Shown piece after piece: positions 25,754 through 34,134 of a stretch of 55,432 nucleotides of DNA. Every line of letters begins with the position of its first letter. Positions within the stretch are counted from its first letter, which is position 1. Location: the NCBI GenBank assembly GCA_015486105.1, contig WFSI01000149.1:1-55432 (forward strand), read 5' to 3'. The notes under the pieces were generated by a model. That model worked only from the letters and a program-made list of their open reading frames with translations. It made no database searches and was not told where the DNA came from. The stretch is from Aquificota bacterium. GTDB taxonomy: Bacteria > Thermosulfidibacterota > Thermosulfidibacteria > Thermosulfidibacterales > B14-G1. The position numbers and the translations under genes were made by a program.

Positions 25754-28481
25754 TGAGAACCTCCTTGAGAAGTTCCCTGTTCCCTCTTGTCACCTCCCCA
25801 TATGCCTCCATAAACTCTTTCCCTGTGGAGAAACCCAGGGATCGAGCAAGCCTCTCCCTCTCCTCCTCCTTGGGAATCCGGGAGAAGGGCACATCGTACA
25901 TAACCCTAAGGCGGTTCTCCACCCTCCGAAGAAAGAGATACCCCCCCCTCACCCTTCTATGAAGGTCCTCATCCACCATTCCCGACCTCAAAAGGCCTGC
26001 CAGAGCCCCCAAAGTAGATGTTCTCCTCACTTGTGGATACCCCTTACCCCCCAAAAGTTGCCAATACTGCACCATAAACTCCAGATCCACAAGCCCCCCC
26101 GCACTATATTTTGTGTGATGGGGACCCTGTGCCAGCTCCTCTTCCATCTTGAGGCGCATATCCCATATCTTCTTGTTGGAATCAGGGGAAAGGGGGCTTT
26201 CATAAACCCAGGACTGAATCATTTCTAAGACCTCCCTCTGAAGAACCGGATCTCCTGCCACAGAGCGGGCCTTGACCATAGCCTGTCTCTCCCAGAGACG
26301 GGCGCTCCTAACAAGGTACCTACCAAAATCCTCCAAAGGATAGACCATCTCTCCATGGGCCCCGTGGGGTCTGAGACGAAGATCCACCTTAAAAAGGGCT
26401 CCCTCGCTGCTCACGGAAGAAAGGGCCCTTACCAACTCCACCGCCAGCCTGCTTTCTCTTGCTCCACCCCCTTTAACGATGAAAACCATGTCCAAATCCG
26501 AGTGATAGGTGAGTTCTCTTCCTCCCCATTTGCCTAAAGCCAACACACAGAAAGGCACATCATCCCCCTTTGTCAGCCATGCCCAAAGTCTGCGCACCAC
26601 TACATCAGCCACCTTGGTCCAGAGATGAGTGATCTTTTGCAATGGGAAATTTGAGAAGAGATCCCCCATGCCAATGCGGAAGATCTCTCGGTGCTTCCAC
26701 CTCCGCAACTCATCCAAACGGTCAGAGAAAGAGACAACCCCATTGGCCCTGAGATCCTCTTCCAGTTCCTTCTCCAGCTCCTCCAAGGCCTTAAGCCCAT
26801 ACAAGAACTGGAGATCTTCCAGATAATCCACAAGCTCTGGGTGAGAAACGAGATGATGGGACAGGTAGGCACTACTGCCAAAAACCTTCACGAGAAGACC
26901 CATAACCCCTTCATTCTCCAAAAGAAAGGAGTAGAATGTCCTCCGCCCCTCCCTTTGAACAGAGGCCAGGGCTTCCAAATGGTCCAGGGCCCAGTCGGGC
27001 CTCACCGTTTTGGAAGCCTCCTCCAAAAGTCGGGGCAAGATCCTGACGAAGAGGGCCTTGGCCTCTGGTGAAGGATGCTCAAATGCCTTCCCATCCATCA
27101 AAGTCCTGATGTTCCTCAAGGCCCGAGGCAGATCTCGGAAACCATGGGAAACCAAAACCTCCTCCAGCTCCTCCTCTTCCATGTAAACCAGTTCCTCCTC
27201 CTCCCGGGCGGGAGAAAAGAAACGCTGGAAAATGGTGTGCACCCCCTCTCTATAAGCTCTCAAGTCTCCTTCCAGACTCAGTGCAGGGTCCCTTCTGTAC
27301 CCCATCATCTTAGCGATCCGCCCCTTCCCTTTGGAGTCCATGGGGAGTCTATGGGTCTGGAGACAATCTACCATCTGCAAGCGATTCTCCAGCTTTCTTA
27401 AAAATATGTAGGCCGTGCTCAGGGTCTGATAATCCTCTTTGGATAGAAGCCCTTTCCCCATGATCCTGTGAAGGGCCCTAAGGGTACTGCGCTCCCTAAG
27501 CCAGGGCTCTTTTCCACCGTATATAAGCTGGATGGCCTGGGTAACAAACTCAATCTCCCGAATACCACCCCTGCCAAGCTTAACATCGTATCCCCCTTTG
27601 GCTTTGGCCTGGGCATCTATTTTCACCTTAAGCTCCCGAACTTCGTCCAAGGCCTTAAAATCCAGATACCTCCGGTAGACAAAAGGCCTGACCGTCTCCA
27701 AAAAGGCCTTGCCTAAGGAGGGATCCCCCGCCACAGGACGTGCCTTAACAAGGGCTGCCCTCTCCCAGGTCTGGCCCCAAGACTCATAGTAAATCTCGTA
27801 ACTCCTTAAAGGTAAGACAATATCTCCCCTGTTCCCCTCTGGTCTCAAGCGTAGATCTACCTTATACATCTGGCCCTGGGGGGTTATAGCCGATAGAGCC
27901 TTGGTAAGGGCCTCGCAGAGACGAACAAAGTACTCGTGGTTCCCCACAACCTTGGGGCCAGAGGTCTCTCCTTTCTCCGTTTCGTAAACGTAAATAAGAT
28001 CCACGTCAGAATCAAAGTTGAGTTCCATGCCCCCCAGCTTTCCCAAACCCATAACAGTAAAAGCAGCCCTTTCACCTTGGGGGGTCAAGGGCATTCCATA
28101 GCGCCCTTCCATCTCCCCCTCCACCACCTGTAAGGTTCCCTGAATCACGGCATCGGCCAGATGGCTCAGCTCCTCCAGCAAAACAGGTACATGGTCCAAG
28201 GCTAAAAGATCTCGGATACCAATCCTGAGATGTTCCCTCTGCTTGTAAGAACGAATATCTTCTATGCCTCCACCCTTCTCTAAAAGGGCACCAATATGGG
28301 CCTTATGATCATCAAGGTCCCTGGCTGCAAGCCCAGAAGGCGAAAATACCTCTTCTATCCAGGAAGGGTTGGTGGCAAACCGCCGGGCGAAGCATGGGCT
28401 CACAGAACTGACAAATAGGTACTCACGGAGAAGCCCTTGATCTAAAAGGTACTGGCGAATTCGGGGGTCCAAGGATGCCAA
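25743..28481 (-). CDS. glnE: Bifunctional glutamine synthetase adenylyltransferase / adenylyl-removing enzyme
   Basis: 912 aa with two nucleotidyltransferase halves. Each half has GKLGGxELNFxSDxDL-type motifs (GLGKLGGMELNFDSDVDLIYVY and ALGKWGGRELTYHSDLDMVFIV) and LYKVDLRLRP / LFKVDLRLRP. Confidence 0.9.
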   Translation of the reverse strand: MASLDPRIRQYLLDQGLLREYLFVSSVSPCFARRFATNPSWIEEVFSPSGLAARDLDDHKAHIGALLEKGGGIEDIRSYKQREHLRIGIRDLLALDHVPVLLEELSHLADAVIQGTLQVVEGEMEGRYGMPLTPQGERAAFTVMGLGKLGGMELNFDSDVDLIYVYETEKGETSGPKVVGNHEYFVRLCEALTKALSAITPQGQMYKVDLRLRPEGNRGDIVLPLRSYEIYYESWGQTWERAALVKARPVAGDPSLGKAFLETVRPFVYRRYLDFKALDEVRELKVKIDAQAKAKGGYDVKLGRGGIREIEFVTQAIQLIYGGKEPWLRERSTLRALHRIMGKGLLSKEDYQTLSTAYIFLRKLENRLQMVDCLQTHRLPMDSKGKGRIAKMMGYRRDPALSLEGDLRAYREGVHTIFQRFFSPAREEEELVYMEEEELEEVLVSHGFRDLPRALRNIRTLMDGKAFEHPSPEAKALFVRILPRLLEEASKTVRPDWALDHLEALASVQREGRRTFYSFLLENEGVMGLLVKVFGSSAYLSHHLVSHPELVDYLEDLQFLYGLKALEELEKELEEDLRANGVVSFSDRLDELRRWKHREIFRIGMGDLFSNFPLQKITHLWTKVADVVVRRLWAWLTKGDDVPFCVLALGKWGGRELTYHSDLDMVFIVKGGGARESRLAVELVRALSSVSSEGALFKVDLRLRPHGAHGEMVYPLEDFGRYLVRSARLWERQAMVKARSVAGDPVLQREVLEMIQSWVYESPLSPDSNKKIWDMRLKMEEELAQGPHHTKYSAGGLVDLEFMVQYWQLLGGKGYPQVRRTSTLGALAGLLRSGMVDEDLHRRVRGGYLFLRRVENRLRVMYDVPFSRIPKEEERERLARSLGFSTGKEFMEAYGEVTRGNRELLKEVLIGG

Positions 28482-28525
28482 TCTACCCTTCTCCCTGCCC
28501 TCTCCTTAGGAAGAGGATTCCTTCA

Positions 28526-29575
28526 TCACTCTGGCAGGATCTTCCCAATCCTCTCCTTGATGCCCCTGTTGGCAGCGGGAATCATGGCCTTCTCTCCTTC
28601 CCACAAGGGCACCTCCACTACATTGAGCACCCCCTCCATTCCAAAGACCACGGGCACGCCAAATACCGTATCCACATCGTAAAATTCTCCTTCCAAGCGC
28701 ATCTGAAGGGGCCCAAAGAAGTATTCACCCCGCAGAAGAACATTGAGAATACGAAGGGCCGCTCCAGCAGGCCCAAAAACAGCCTCCATCCCCATCTGGC
28801 ATGCCAACCAGGGACGGATAAAAACCTTCACGCACAAGGGGAGCTCGGTAAACATTTTGAAGACCCCCATGGGAGACTCCTTTTTGATGATCTCCATAGT
28901 ATCCTCCCACGGTTCAAAGATACAAGTGGGACTGTAGCTTCTGCCTTTGCGGAGGCGATTTATAGTAGATCTAAGTTCTTCCTTGGCCATACCCAAGATC
29001 CTCACAGAACTCCACAGGGGGATCATGCATGCCCCATGCTCTCCAATAACCAGGGCCTCCACATAGGAACGGGGTATACCCAAGGCCGTGGCGATCTCTT
29101 TGCGAAAACGGAGGGTGTCCAAAAAGGCCCCAACACCCACTACCTTTTTCCGAGGGAAGTACCGGGAGAGGAGTTCCACAACAGCCTCCACAGGCTCGGT
29201 CATTACCAGGAAAATGGGGTTCCTACCCTTAGATGATATAGCCCTGGCATACTCCCGGGCCATATCCAGATTGCACAAGGCCAAAGCATCACACGAACCC
29301 TTTTCGAGGGGGGGATAATAAGAGAGGGCGCCAGCCATCACTACCACGTCGCCGTCTACGTCTTCGGGTTGGAAGCAAAGCTCCAGTTGCTCAGCCCCCA
29401 TCCCCACAGCATCTAATAAATCGGAGCGAAGGCCTTCTAAGGCATAAAAGCTCCTCTCTTCCCTCTCTTCCACAAGCTGGACCGCATCCTCGGCCCCCAG
29501 GAACCTGCCCGCCATGAGCATGGACATAAGGCTCCTGGCCGCCCCTTCCCCAGCTCCCACTATGGATATCTTCAT
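28526..29575 (-). CDS. Lactate/malate dehydrogenase-family dehydrogenase, divergent (paralog of 12245-13267)
   Basis: Start placed at MKISIVGAGEGAA (ATG 29575, preceded by GGGGGTGA). Has LDTLRFRKEIA and IGEHGACMIPLWSS. The upstream 41 codons of the tracked ORF run through a terminator. Confidence 0.75.
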   Translation of the reverse strand: MKISIVGAGEGAARSLMSMLMAGRFLGAEDAVQLVEEREERSFYALEGLRSDLLDAVGMGAEQLELCFQPEDVDGDVVVMAGALSYYPPLEKGSCDALALCNLDMAREYARAISSKGRNPIFLVMTEPVEAVVELLSRYFPRKKVVGVGAFLDTLRFRKEIATALGIPRSYVEALVIGEHGACMIPLWSSVRILGMAKEELRSTINRLRKGRSYSPTCIFEPWEDTMEIIKKESPMGVFKMFTELPLCVKVFIRPWLACQMGMEAVFGPAGAALRILNVLLRGEYFFGPLQMRLEGEFYDVDTVFGVPVVFGMEGVLNVVEVPLWEGEKAMIPAANRGIKERIGKILPE

Positions 29576-29619
29576 AGAATCACCCCCATATAAAGATATC
29601 CAAATAAGATGGGACCTGT

Positions 29620-29655
29620 CAAAAAAGACCTGGGGGCCTTCAACAGGCCCCCAGG
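29620..29655 (-). terminator. Strong intrinsic terminator after the porin gene
   Basis: Minus strand reads CCTGGGGGCC-TGTTGAA-GGCCCCCAGG followed by TCTTTTTTG. 10-bp GC-rich perfect stem, 30 nt after the stop at 29686. Confidence 0.8.
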
Positions 29656-29685
29656 GTATCGCAATGGAGCAGAGGGATGAGGGTT

Positions 29686-30153
29686 TCAGAATTTCCACAT
29701 AAGGCCCACATTCATGATGTAGGCCTCGCCATCTGTATCTTCATACAGATATTCCTCCTTATCGTCGTACCACCGATAGGTGAATCGGGAAGTAGCGGTA
29801 AAGTTCTTCCAGAAGTTCCAATCGACTCCAACAGAAGCGTCAACACGCTCCATCTTCAGATCGTACCAATCGGACATATCATTCATGTCACTCGTGTAGG
29901 TAATAACGAACCACGGATCGTACCCAGGCTTATAGCTGGGATCAACGTGACCATCTAAATCTATGGTACCAAAGGGATTGCCGAAATCGGGGTTATCAGC
30001 ATCGGCTTTGGACCAAGTATAGGTAAGGTCACCATAAAGCCTGAGGGCCTTGATGGGAGTGAAGTCAGCGCTTAAGTAACCCACGAAATTGCGGATGTCG
30101 TAATCTACCCTGTCACAGAGTGAGCCAACCTGGCTCACGAAACTATGGCCGCC
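29686..30153 (-). CDS. C-terminal segment of the MtrB/PioB-like outer-membrane barrel (same frame as 30154-32010, beyond an in-frame TGA)
   Basis: Tracked as 29686-30138 with a GTG start, but codons 30153-30139 (GGHSF) are open and in frame with the upstream ORF. Ends in the aromatic OMP beta-signal NVGLMWKF. Confidence 0.65.
   Translation of the reverse strand, partial: GGHSFVSQVGSLCDRVDYDIRNFVGYLSADFTPIKALRLYGDLTYTWSKADADNPDFGNPFGTIDLDGHVDPSYKPGYDPWFVITYTSDMNDMSDWYDLKMERVDASVGVDWNFWKNFTATSRFTYRWYDDKEEYLYEDTDGEAYIMNVGLMWKF
30114..30147 (-). other. SECIS-like RNA hairpin 6 nt downstream of the in-frame UGA
   Basis: Minus strand reads CAUAG-UUUC-GUGAGCC-[AGGUU]-GGCUCAC-U-CUGUG. It has a 7-bp perfect upper stem and a 5-bp lower stem (one G-U pair). 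The apical loop contains GGU 24-26 nt after the UGA. Confidence 0.45.
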
Positions 30154-32010
30154 TCACCCACCAAACAGGTTCAAGTCAAACCTGGTCTTGTATTTGTCAT
30201 ACTCGTAATTAGCCCCCAAATTGAATACCAGGTCGTTCAGGGGTGAAAGCCAGAAATTGATACCAGCCATATAGGTCTCTCCCATCCAATCGGAGTCATC
30301 GTTGTCCTGATACTTGTATTGGAGATTCAGGGTAGTGGAATAGCGCCCAGATGGTGTCCAGGTGGTGAGCAGCTCCACCTTTTGGCTGTCCCGGGGCACG
30401 TTAGAAGCATCCTTCCTACGATACTGGTTCCGGAAGATCTCGTAGTAAGGTACACCCCCCGGTTTACCCAAGTCTCTGTGCTCCAAGCAGATACCATTGT
30501 GATTCTGAAATTCGTCATCCTGGTGTTCATACTTGTAAGTAAGCCTGAAATTGACCGTCTTCAAGGGGCGACCCAAAAGGGAGATCTTTACCTTATGTAT
30601 ACTTGTATCCTTATCGTCCAGAAACTCCTCATCCCTAAGGAAAGAATCGTAGTCCTTCCACTTATCGTTACCCCTGTTGATCCTCTGATACTCGTAGCCT
30701 CCCCTTAATGTATAGTGCCTGAAGAGCCTGTACCTGAAGTCAAAGCCCAACTCCGTTACATCCCTATCCATATTGGACTCTCTTGTGTAGTCGAATGTCG
30801 AAATAGGGATCTGATACCCAGGAACAACCCCAGTGAACGCCGGGTCATTGGACATCTTGGCCACATCCACATTGACGCTGTCGTTGTTCAATACATAATA
30901 CCTACCTTTCACAGTGACTGTAAGGGCATTGTTCAGCAGAGTGCTGGTGACCCTACCGGCGTATGCATTCATATTGTATCTTTTCTGGGTATAGTTGTTC
31001 TCAACGCCAGCATACACATAAGACCCATACGCCGTAGTTTGATAAGGCAAGTCCATCCTCACCTTCACCTTGTCCGTGGTCTTCTTCACGTCAGGCACCT
31101 CAGCATATCCGCTCCTCTCACCGTCATAGAGGAGCCTCTCTGGGAAGAAGGCCTGTTCCCCAGGGGGCGCGTATACTTTGTCAAAGACCCACTGCGGGGT
31201 TTCTGCCTCATTGTCGTAGTGTCTCCAACTGTGAAAATAGCTGGCGGTCATAATGCCGTACTTGGCAGTGAAACCAGCCACTACGTCCCTGGTATGCTCA
31301 TTTACCCTCCGGCCATTGCCAACGATGTGGCAAGGCGTACACTTACCCGACATGAAGGTGGCCTGCCGCCACCCCCTCTTGTTAATTTCCGAGACCTTCA
31401 CCTCAGGCACTATGTAGGGAAAGAAGGGCAACCGCATTTTTACATGGGCCTGCTGGTGGCTCCTGAAGATCTGATAGTCCCTTCCCACATCCATATCATC
31501 GGCGGTCACCATCTGGGCGCCTCCCAAGTGAAGGGAGGGATCATCCGTCCTCCAGAATGGATTGAAGGCCACAAGACCGTTGTTTACCCCATTGCCAGGT
31601 ATGTTCTTGGGAAACCTGGGCTCGCCCTTGTACAAGTAGTCATGCTGGAACCGATGGATGAAGCTATCGTATGAATAGTCTATCTGGAATACCCGGCCAA
31701 GGTCCATAAACGCCGACCAATTTTTATCATCCTCGTTATAGTAGAAGGCGTGGGCATCAGCTCTGAAAAGGCCAATATCGGCCTTCAAATTCACCTCGCC
31801 CTGGGCACCAGACTCAAGGGGTTCATACTCCCCCACCTTGGTCTTATCGTCGTTGTGCCCCACAAACCGATAGCTCGGGAGCACATTGACCTTGAACTTC
31901 ACAGGGCCACTCTCCCCAGCCCTGGCCACCCCCATCCCCAGGAGGGAGAGGGAAAAGGCAAGCAGTACCACTAAAAACCATCCTCTCTTCATCATCTCCT
32001 CCCCCCTCAT
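30154..32010 (-). CDS. N-terminal segment (618 codons) of the MtrB/PioB-like decahaem-associated outer-membrane beta-barrel, ending at in-frame TGA 30154-30156
   Basis: Signal peptide MKRGWFLVVLLAFSLSLLGMGVARA. Long amphipathic beta-strand pattern rich in Y/D/N/R. The start overlaps the cytochrome stop (ATGA). Contains CTPCH at residues 224-228. Confidence 0.65.
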   Translation of the reverse strand: MRGEEMMKRGWFLVVLLAFSLSLLGMGVARAGESGPVKFKVNVLPSYRFVGHNDDKTKVGEYEPLESGAQGEVNLKADIGLFRADAHAFYYNEDDKNWSAFMDLGRVFQIDYSYDSFIHRFQHDYLYKGEPRFPKNIPGNGVNNGLVAFNPFWRTDDPSLHLGGAQMVTADDMDVGRDYQIFRSHQQAHVKMRLPFFPYIVPEVKVSEINKRGWRQATFMSGKCTPCHIVGNGRRVNEHTRDVVAGFTAKYGIMTASYFHSWRHYDNEAETPQWVFDKVYAPPGEQAFFPERLLYDGERSGYAEVPDVKKTTDKVKVRMDLPYQTTAYGSYVYAGVENNYTQKRYNMNAYAGRVTSTLLNNALTVTVKGRYYVLNNDSVNVDVAKMSNDPAFTGVVPGYQIPISTFDYTRESNMDRDVTELGFDFRYRLFRHYTLRGGYEYQRINRGNDKWKDYDSFLRDEEFLDDKDTSIHKVKISLLGRPLKTVNFRLTYKYEHQDDEFQNHNGICLEHRDLGKPGGVPYYEIFRNQYRRKDASNVPRDSQKVELLTTWTPSGRYSTTLNLQYKYQDNDDSDWMGETYMAGINFWLSPLNDLVFNLGANYEYDKYKTRFDLNLFGG

Positions 32011-33065
32011 CTCGTTAGTCTGCTACCACCGCCCGGTGTAGCCAGGGACGGCAGGTCGGAACCATGAATGGCCGGATGGCACTCTGTGCACCTGGTGGTC
32101 ATCACCATCTGCATGGCATGGCTCTCCGGGGCAAGAGATGTAGGCCCCCCGCTGGCCCCATGGGACTGGAGGTAAGCAGTATCAGGATGAATCGCAGAGT
32201 GGAAATGCAAACCATGACACTGGAGACATAGATATGGCTCGTTTTGCTTCAAGAGGTTATCCGCCACTGTACCATGAGGCTCATGACAGATGGTGCAATC
32301 CTCCACCACAGGGGCATGCTCGAAGGCAAAGGGACCCTCTTTATCAGCATGGCACTTGTAACACAGCTCGTTCTTGCGCTCATCTGTCCTCAAGAGGGGC
32401 TCCACCGCAGAACCATGAGGATTGTGGCACTCAGAGCAGGTCATCTTTCCTTCCTTGATGGGATGGTGGTTGGGATAGTTGGTCTTTGCCATAATGTCCT
32501 TGTGGCAGGTGAAGCAAAGCTCAGGCTCGGGCTTCTTCAAAAGGGCATCCTTCACATACTTGTGCCTGTAGCCCAGCTTGTCCCTGTAGGCCACCTTGTC
32601 CTTGTTCCCATGGATAGTGTGGCACTTGACGCAGGAAACATTATTGAGAGCGTGCTCCGAACCCCGCCAGTCCATGGTCTCTCCACCGGTGTGGCACCGA
32701 GCACAAATAGCAGAAGCCTGAACAGGCTTTAGCTTGGCAGGATTGATGATGTATTTGGGATCCTCCTCATCAATGTGCTTACTGCCAGGGCCATGACAGG
32801 CCTCACAACCTGCCACTTCCATGCTGGGCTTGGTCTCAAAGGCCGCTATCCTGCCGTGAATAGTGTCTTTGAAGCTATCTACCAGATCCTCGTGGCAGTC
32901 GGCGCAGGCCTCAGAACCCACATACTTGGCCCCCTCAATAACAGGAACCTTGGCATTCACCGACTTCTCCTTGACCTCTTTCATAGAGGTACAGGCACCA
33001 AGACCCACCAGGAAAAGAGCCATTACCAAGACGGTCAGTAACCTATTCCACCGCATTCTCCTCAT
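32007..33065 (-). CDS. Decahaem c-type cytochrome, MtrA/DmsE/PioA-like, with a lipoprotein signal
   Basis: Ten CXXCH motifs: CADCH, CEACH, CARCH, CVKCH, CFTCH, CSECH, CYKCH, CTICH, CLQCH, CTECH. Start placed at MRRMRWNRLL (ATG 33065, preceded by GGAGAGGTGGAG). Lipobox LVGLGAC. Confidence 0.85.
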   Translation of the reverse strand: MRRMRWNRLLTVLVMALFLVGLGACTSMKEVKEKSVNAKVPVIEGAKYVGSEACADCHEDLVDSFKDTIHGRIAAFETKPSMEVAGCEACHGPGSKHIDEEDPKYIINPAKLKPVQASAICARCHTGGETMDWRGSEHALNNVSCVKCHTIHGNKDKVAYRDKLGYRHKYVKDALLKKPEPELCFTCHKDIMAKTNYPNHHPIKEGKMTCSECHNPHGSAVEPLLRTDERKNELCYKCHADKEGPFAFEHAPVVEDCTICHEPHGTVADNLLKQNEPYLCLQCHGLHFHSAIHPDTAYLQSHGASGGPTSLAPESHAMQMVMTTRCTECHPAIHGSDLPSLATPGGGSRLTR

Positions 33066-33195
33066 CTCCACCTCTCCTTGAGTAACCTTATGAAAAGAAG
33101 CAACACCTAAATCCTTATTCACCTATTTAAAAAACCTACCCCTGTAACCTGCTTTCCTCTCTACCACCCCCCCTCCTAACATTGTACTTTAACAC

Positions 33196-33252
33196 ATTAG
33201 AGCATTAGAATATTAGAATATCAAAATGTTCCTTCCTTCACAATCTTCTAAT
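33196..33252. promoter_or_regulatory. Three direct ATTAGA repeats at 8-bp spacing plus one inverted copy, in an AT-rich leader
   Basis: ATTAGA at 33196, 33204 and 33212, and TCTAAT at 33247-33252. All lie in the 262-bp AT-rich gap upstream of the cytochrome gene (start 33065). Confidence 0.35.
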
Positions 33253-33327
33253 ATAAGGTTCACTAAGGCCTGTCAACAATATAAGTAATTGTTTTTATTA
33301 ATAAGTGTTATTTAAAATCTTAAAGTA

Positions 33328-34134
33328 CTATTCTTCTATGCCCTCAGGGGTTACTCTAAAGTTTTTGGGTTGTCCCTCTTTAGCTTGAAAAGGAAGGGGC
33401 CTACCATCAACAGAGAGGGTTAAAGCCCCCGAATTGCCCACCCGCATCTCTACACTGCCAAAAAAAGAAACACGGAACCTCTCTTGGGGCTTGAGGATGA
33501 AATCCTTAATGGAGCCATCGCCCAGCCTCATCCAAACCCAGCAACGCTCCCGGGCCCTAATTTCCAACTGATGAAACTCTACCTGGGCCGCCATGGCCTG
33601 ATCCGGCTCCTCCTTCTCTATCAAGGAAGGAGAGGGAACAGCTTCCTTCTGGGAAATGGGGGGAGGGGCCTTTTTCCTGACCACCACGGGGGATGGCATC
33701 CTGTGGACAGGCGAAAGCGCCTTGGCCACTGTCACAGGGGCCTTCCCCCTTGATCCTTGTCTATAAACCTCCCATCCCCTCCATATAATGGCTCCCACTA
33801 CAAACAAGGCTAAAAAGCAGAACAAGAGAGAAAGCCTCCAGCCCTTAAACTCTGGGGAAGCCACCTTAGCCACCACCACAGAAGAAAGATCTACCCGGGT
33901 CTGAAAAAGATCCTCACTCTTCCATGTTTTGGGAGAGAGCTGAAGGACGTCTGCCATCCTCTCCATAAAACAGCGCATGTATACAGGTTCGGGCAGCTCT
34001 TCCCAAAGACCTCCCTCCAGGTTCCTCACCACCTGGTAGGGAACCCCAGCCTTTTTGGCCAGCTCACGCTGGGAAAGGCCTAAGGCCTCCCTGGCCTCCC
34101 TGAAAGCACCAGACAGGGCCTCATCACCCTTCAT
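33328..34134 (-). CDS. rodZ: Cytoskeleton protein RodZ-like (HTH-XRE, TM helix, C-terminal DUF4115-like domain)
   Basis: 268 aa. LGLSQRELAKKAGVPYQVVRNLEGG is the HTH. A single TM helix (LSLLFCFLALFVVGAIIW) is followed by a Pro-rich linker and a beta-rich C-terminus. Confidence 0.7.
   Translation of the reverse strand: MKGDEALSGAFREAREALGLSQRELAKKAGVPYQVVRNLEGGLWEELPEPVYMRCFMERMADVLQLSPKTWKSEDLFQTRVDLSSVVVAKVASPEFKGWRLSLLFCFLALFVVGAIIWRGWEVYRQGSRGKAPVTVAKALSPVHRMPSPVVVRKKAPPPISQKEAVPSPSLIEKEEPDQAMAAQVEFHQLEIRARERCWVWMRLGDGSIKDFILKPQERFRVSFFGSVEMRVGNSGALTLSVDGRPLPFQAKEGQPKNFRVTPEGIEE

Noticed and set aside
30148-30162. The UGA is flanked by glycines (GG-UGA-GG), which raised the possibility of an alternative genetic code with UGA = Gly.
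   Set aside because: Many well-supported genes in this window terminate at TGA at conserved C-termini or coupled junctions (for example ileS/lspA ATGA, vapB, the NifU-like gene, obg/proB). No other gene shows in-frame TGAs, so the standard bacterial code applies.
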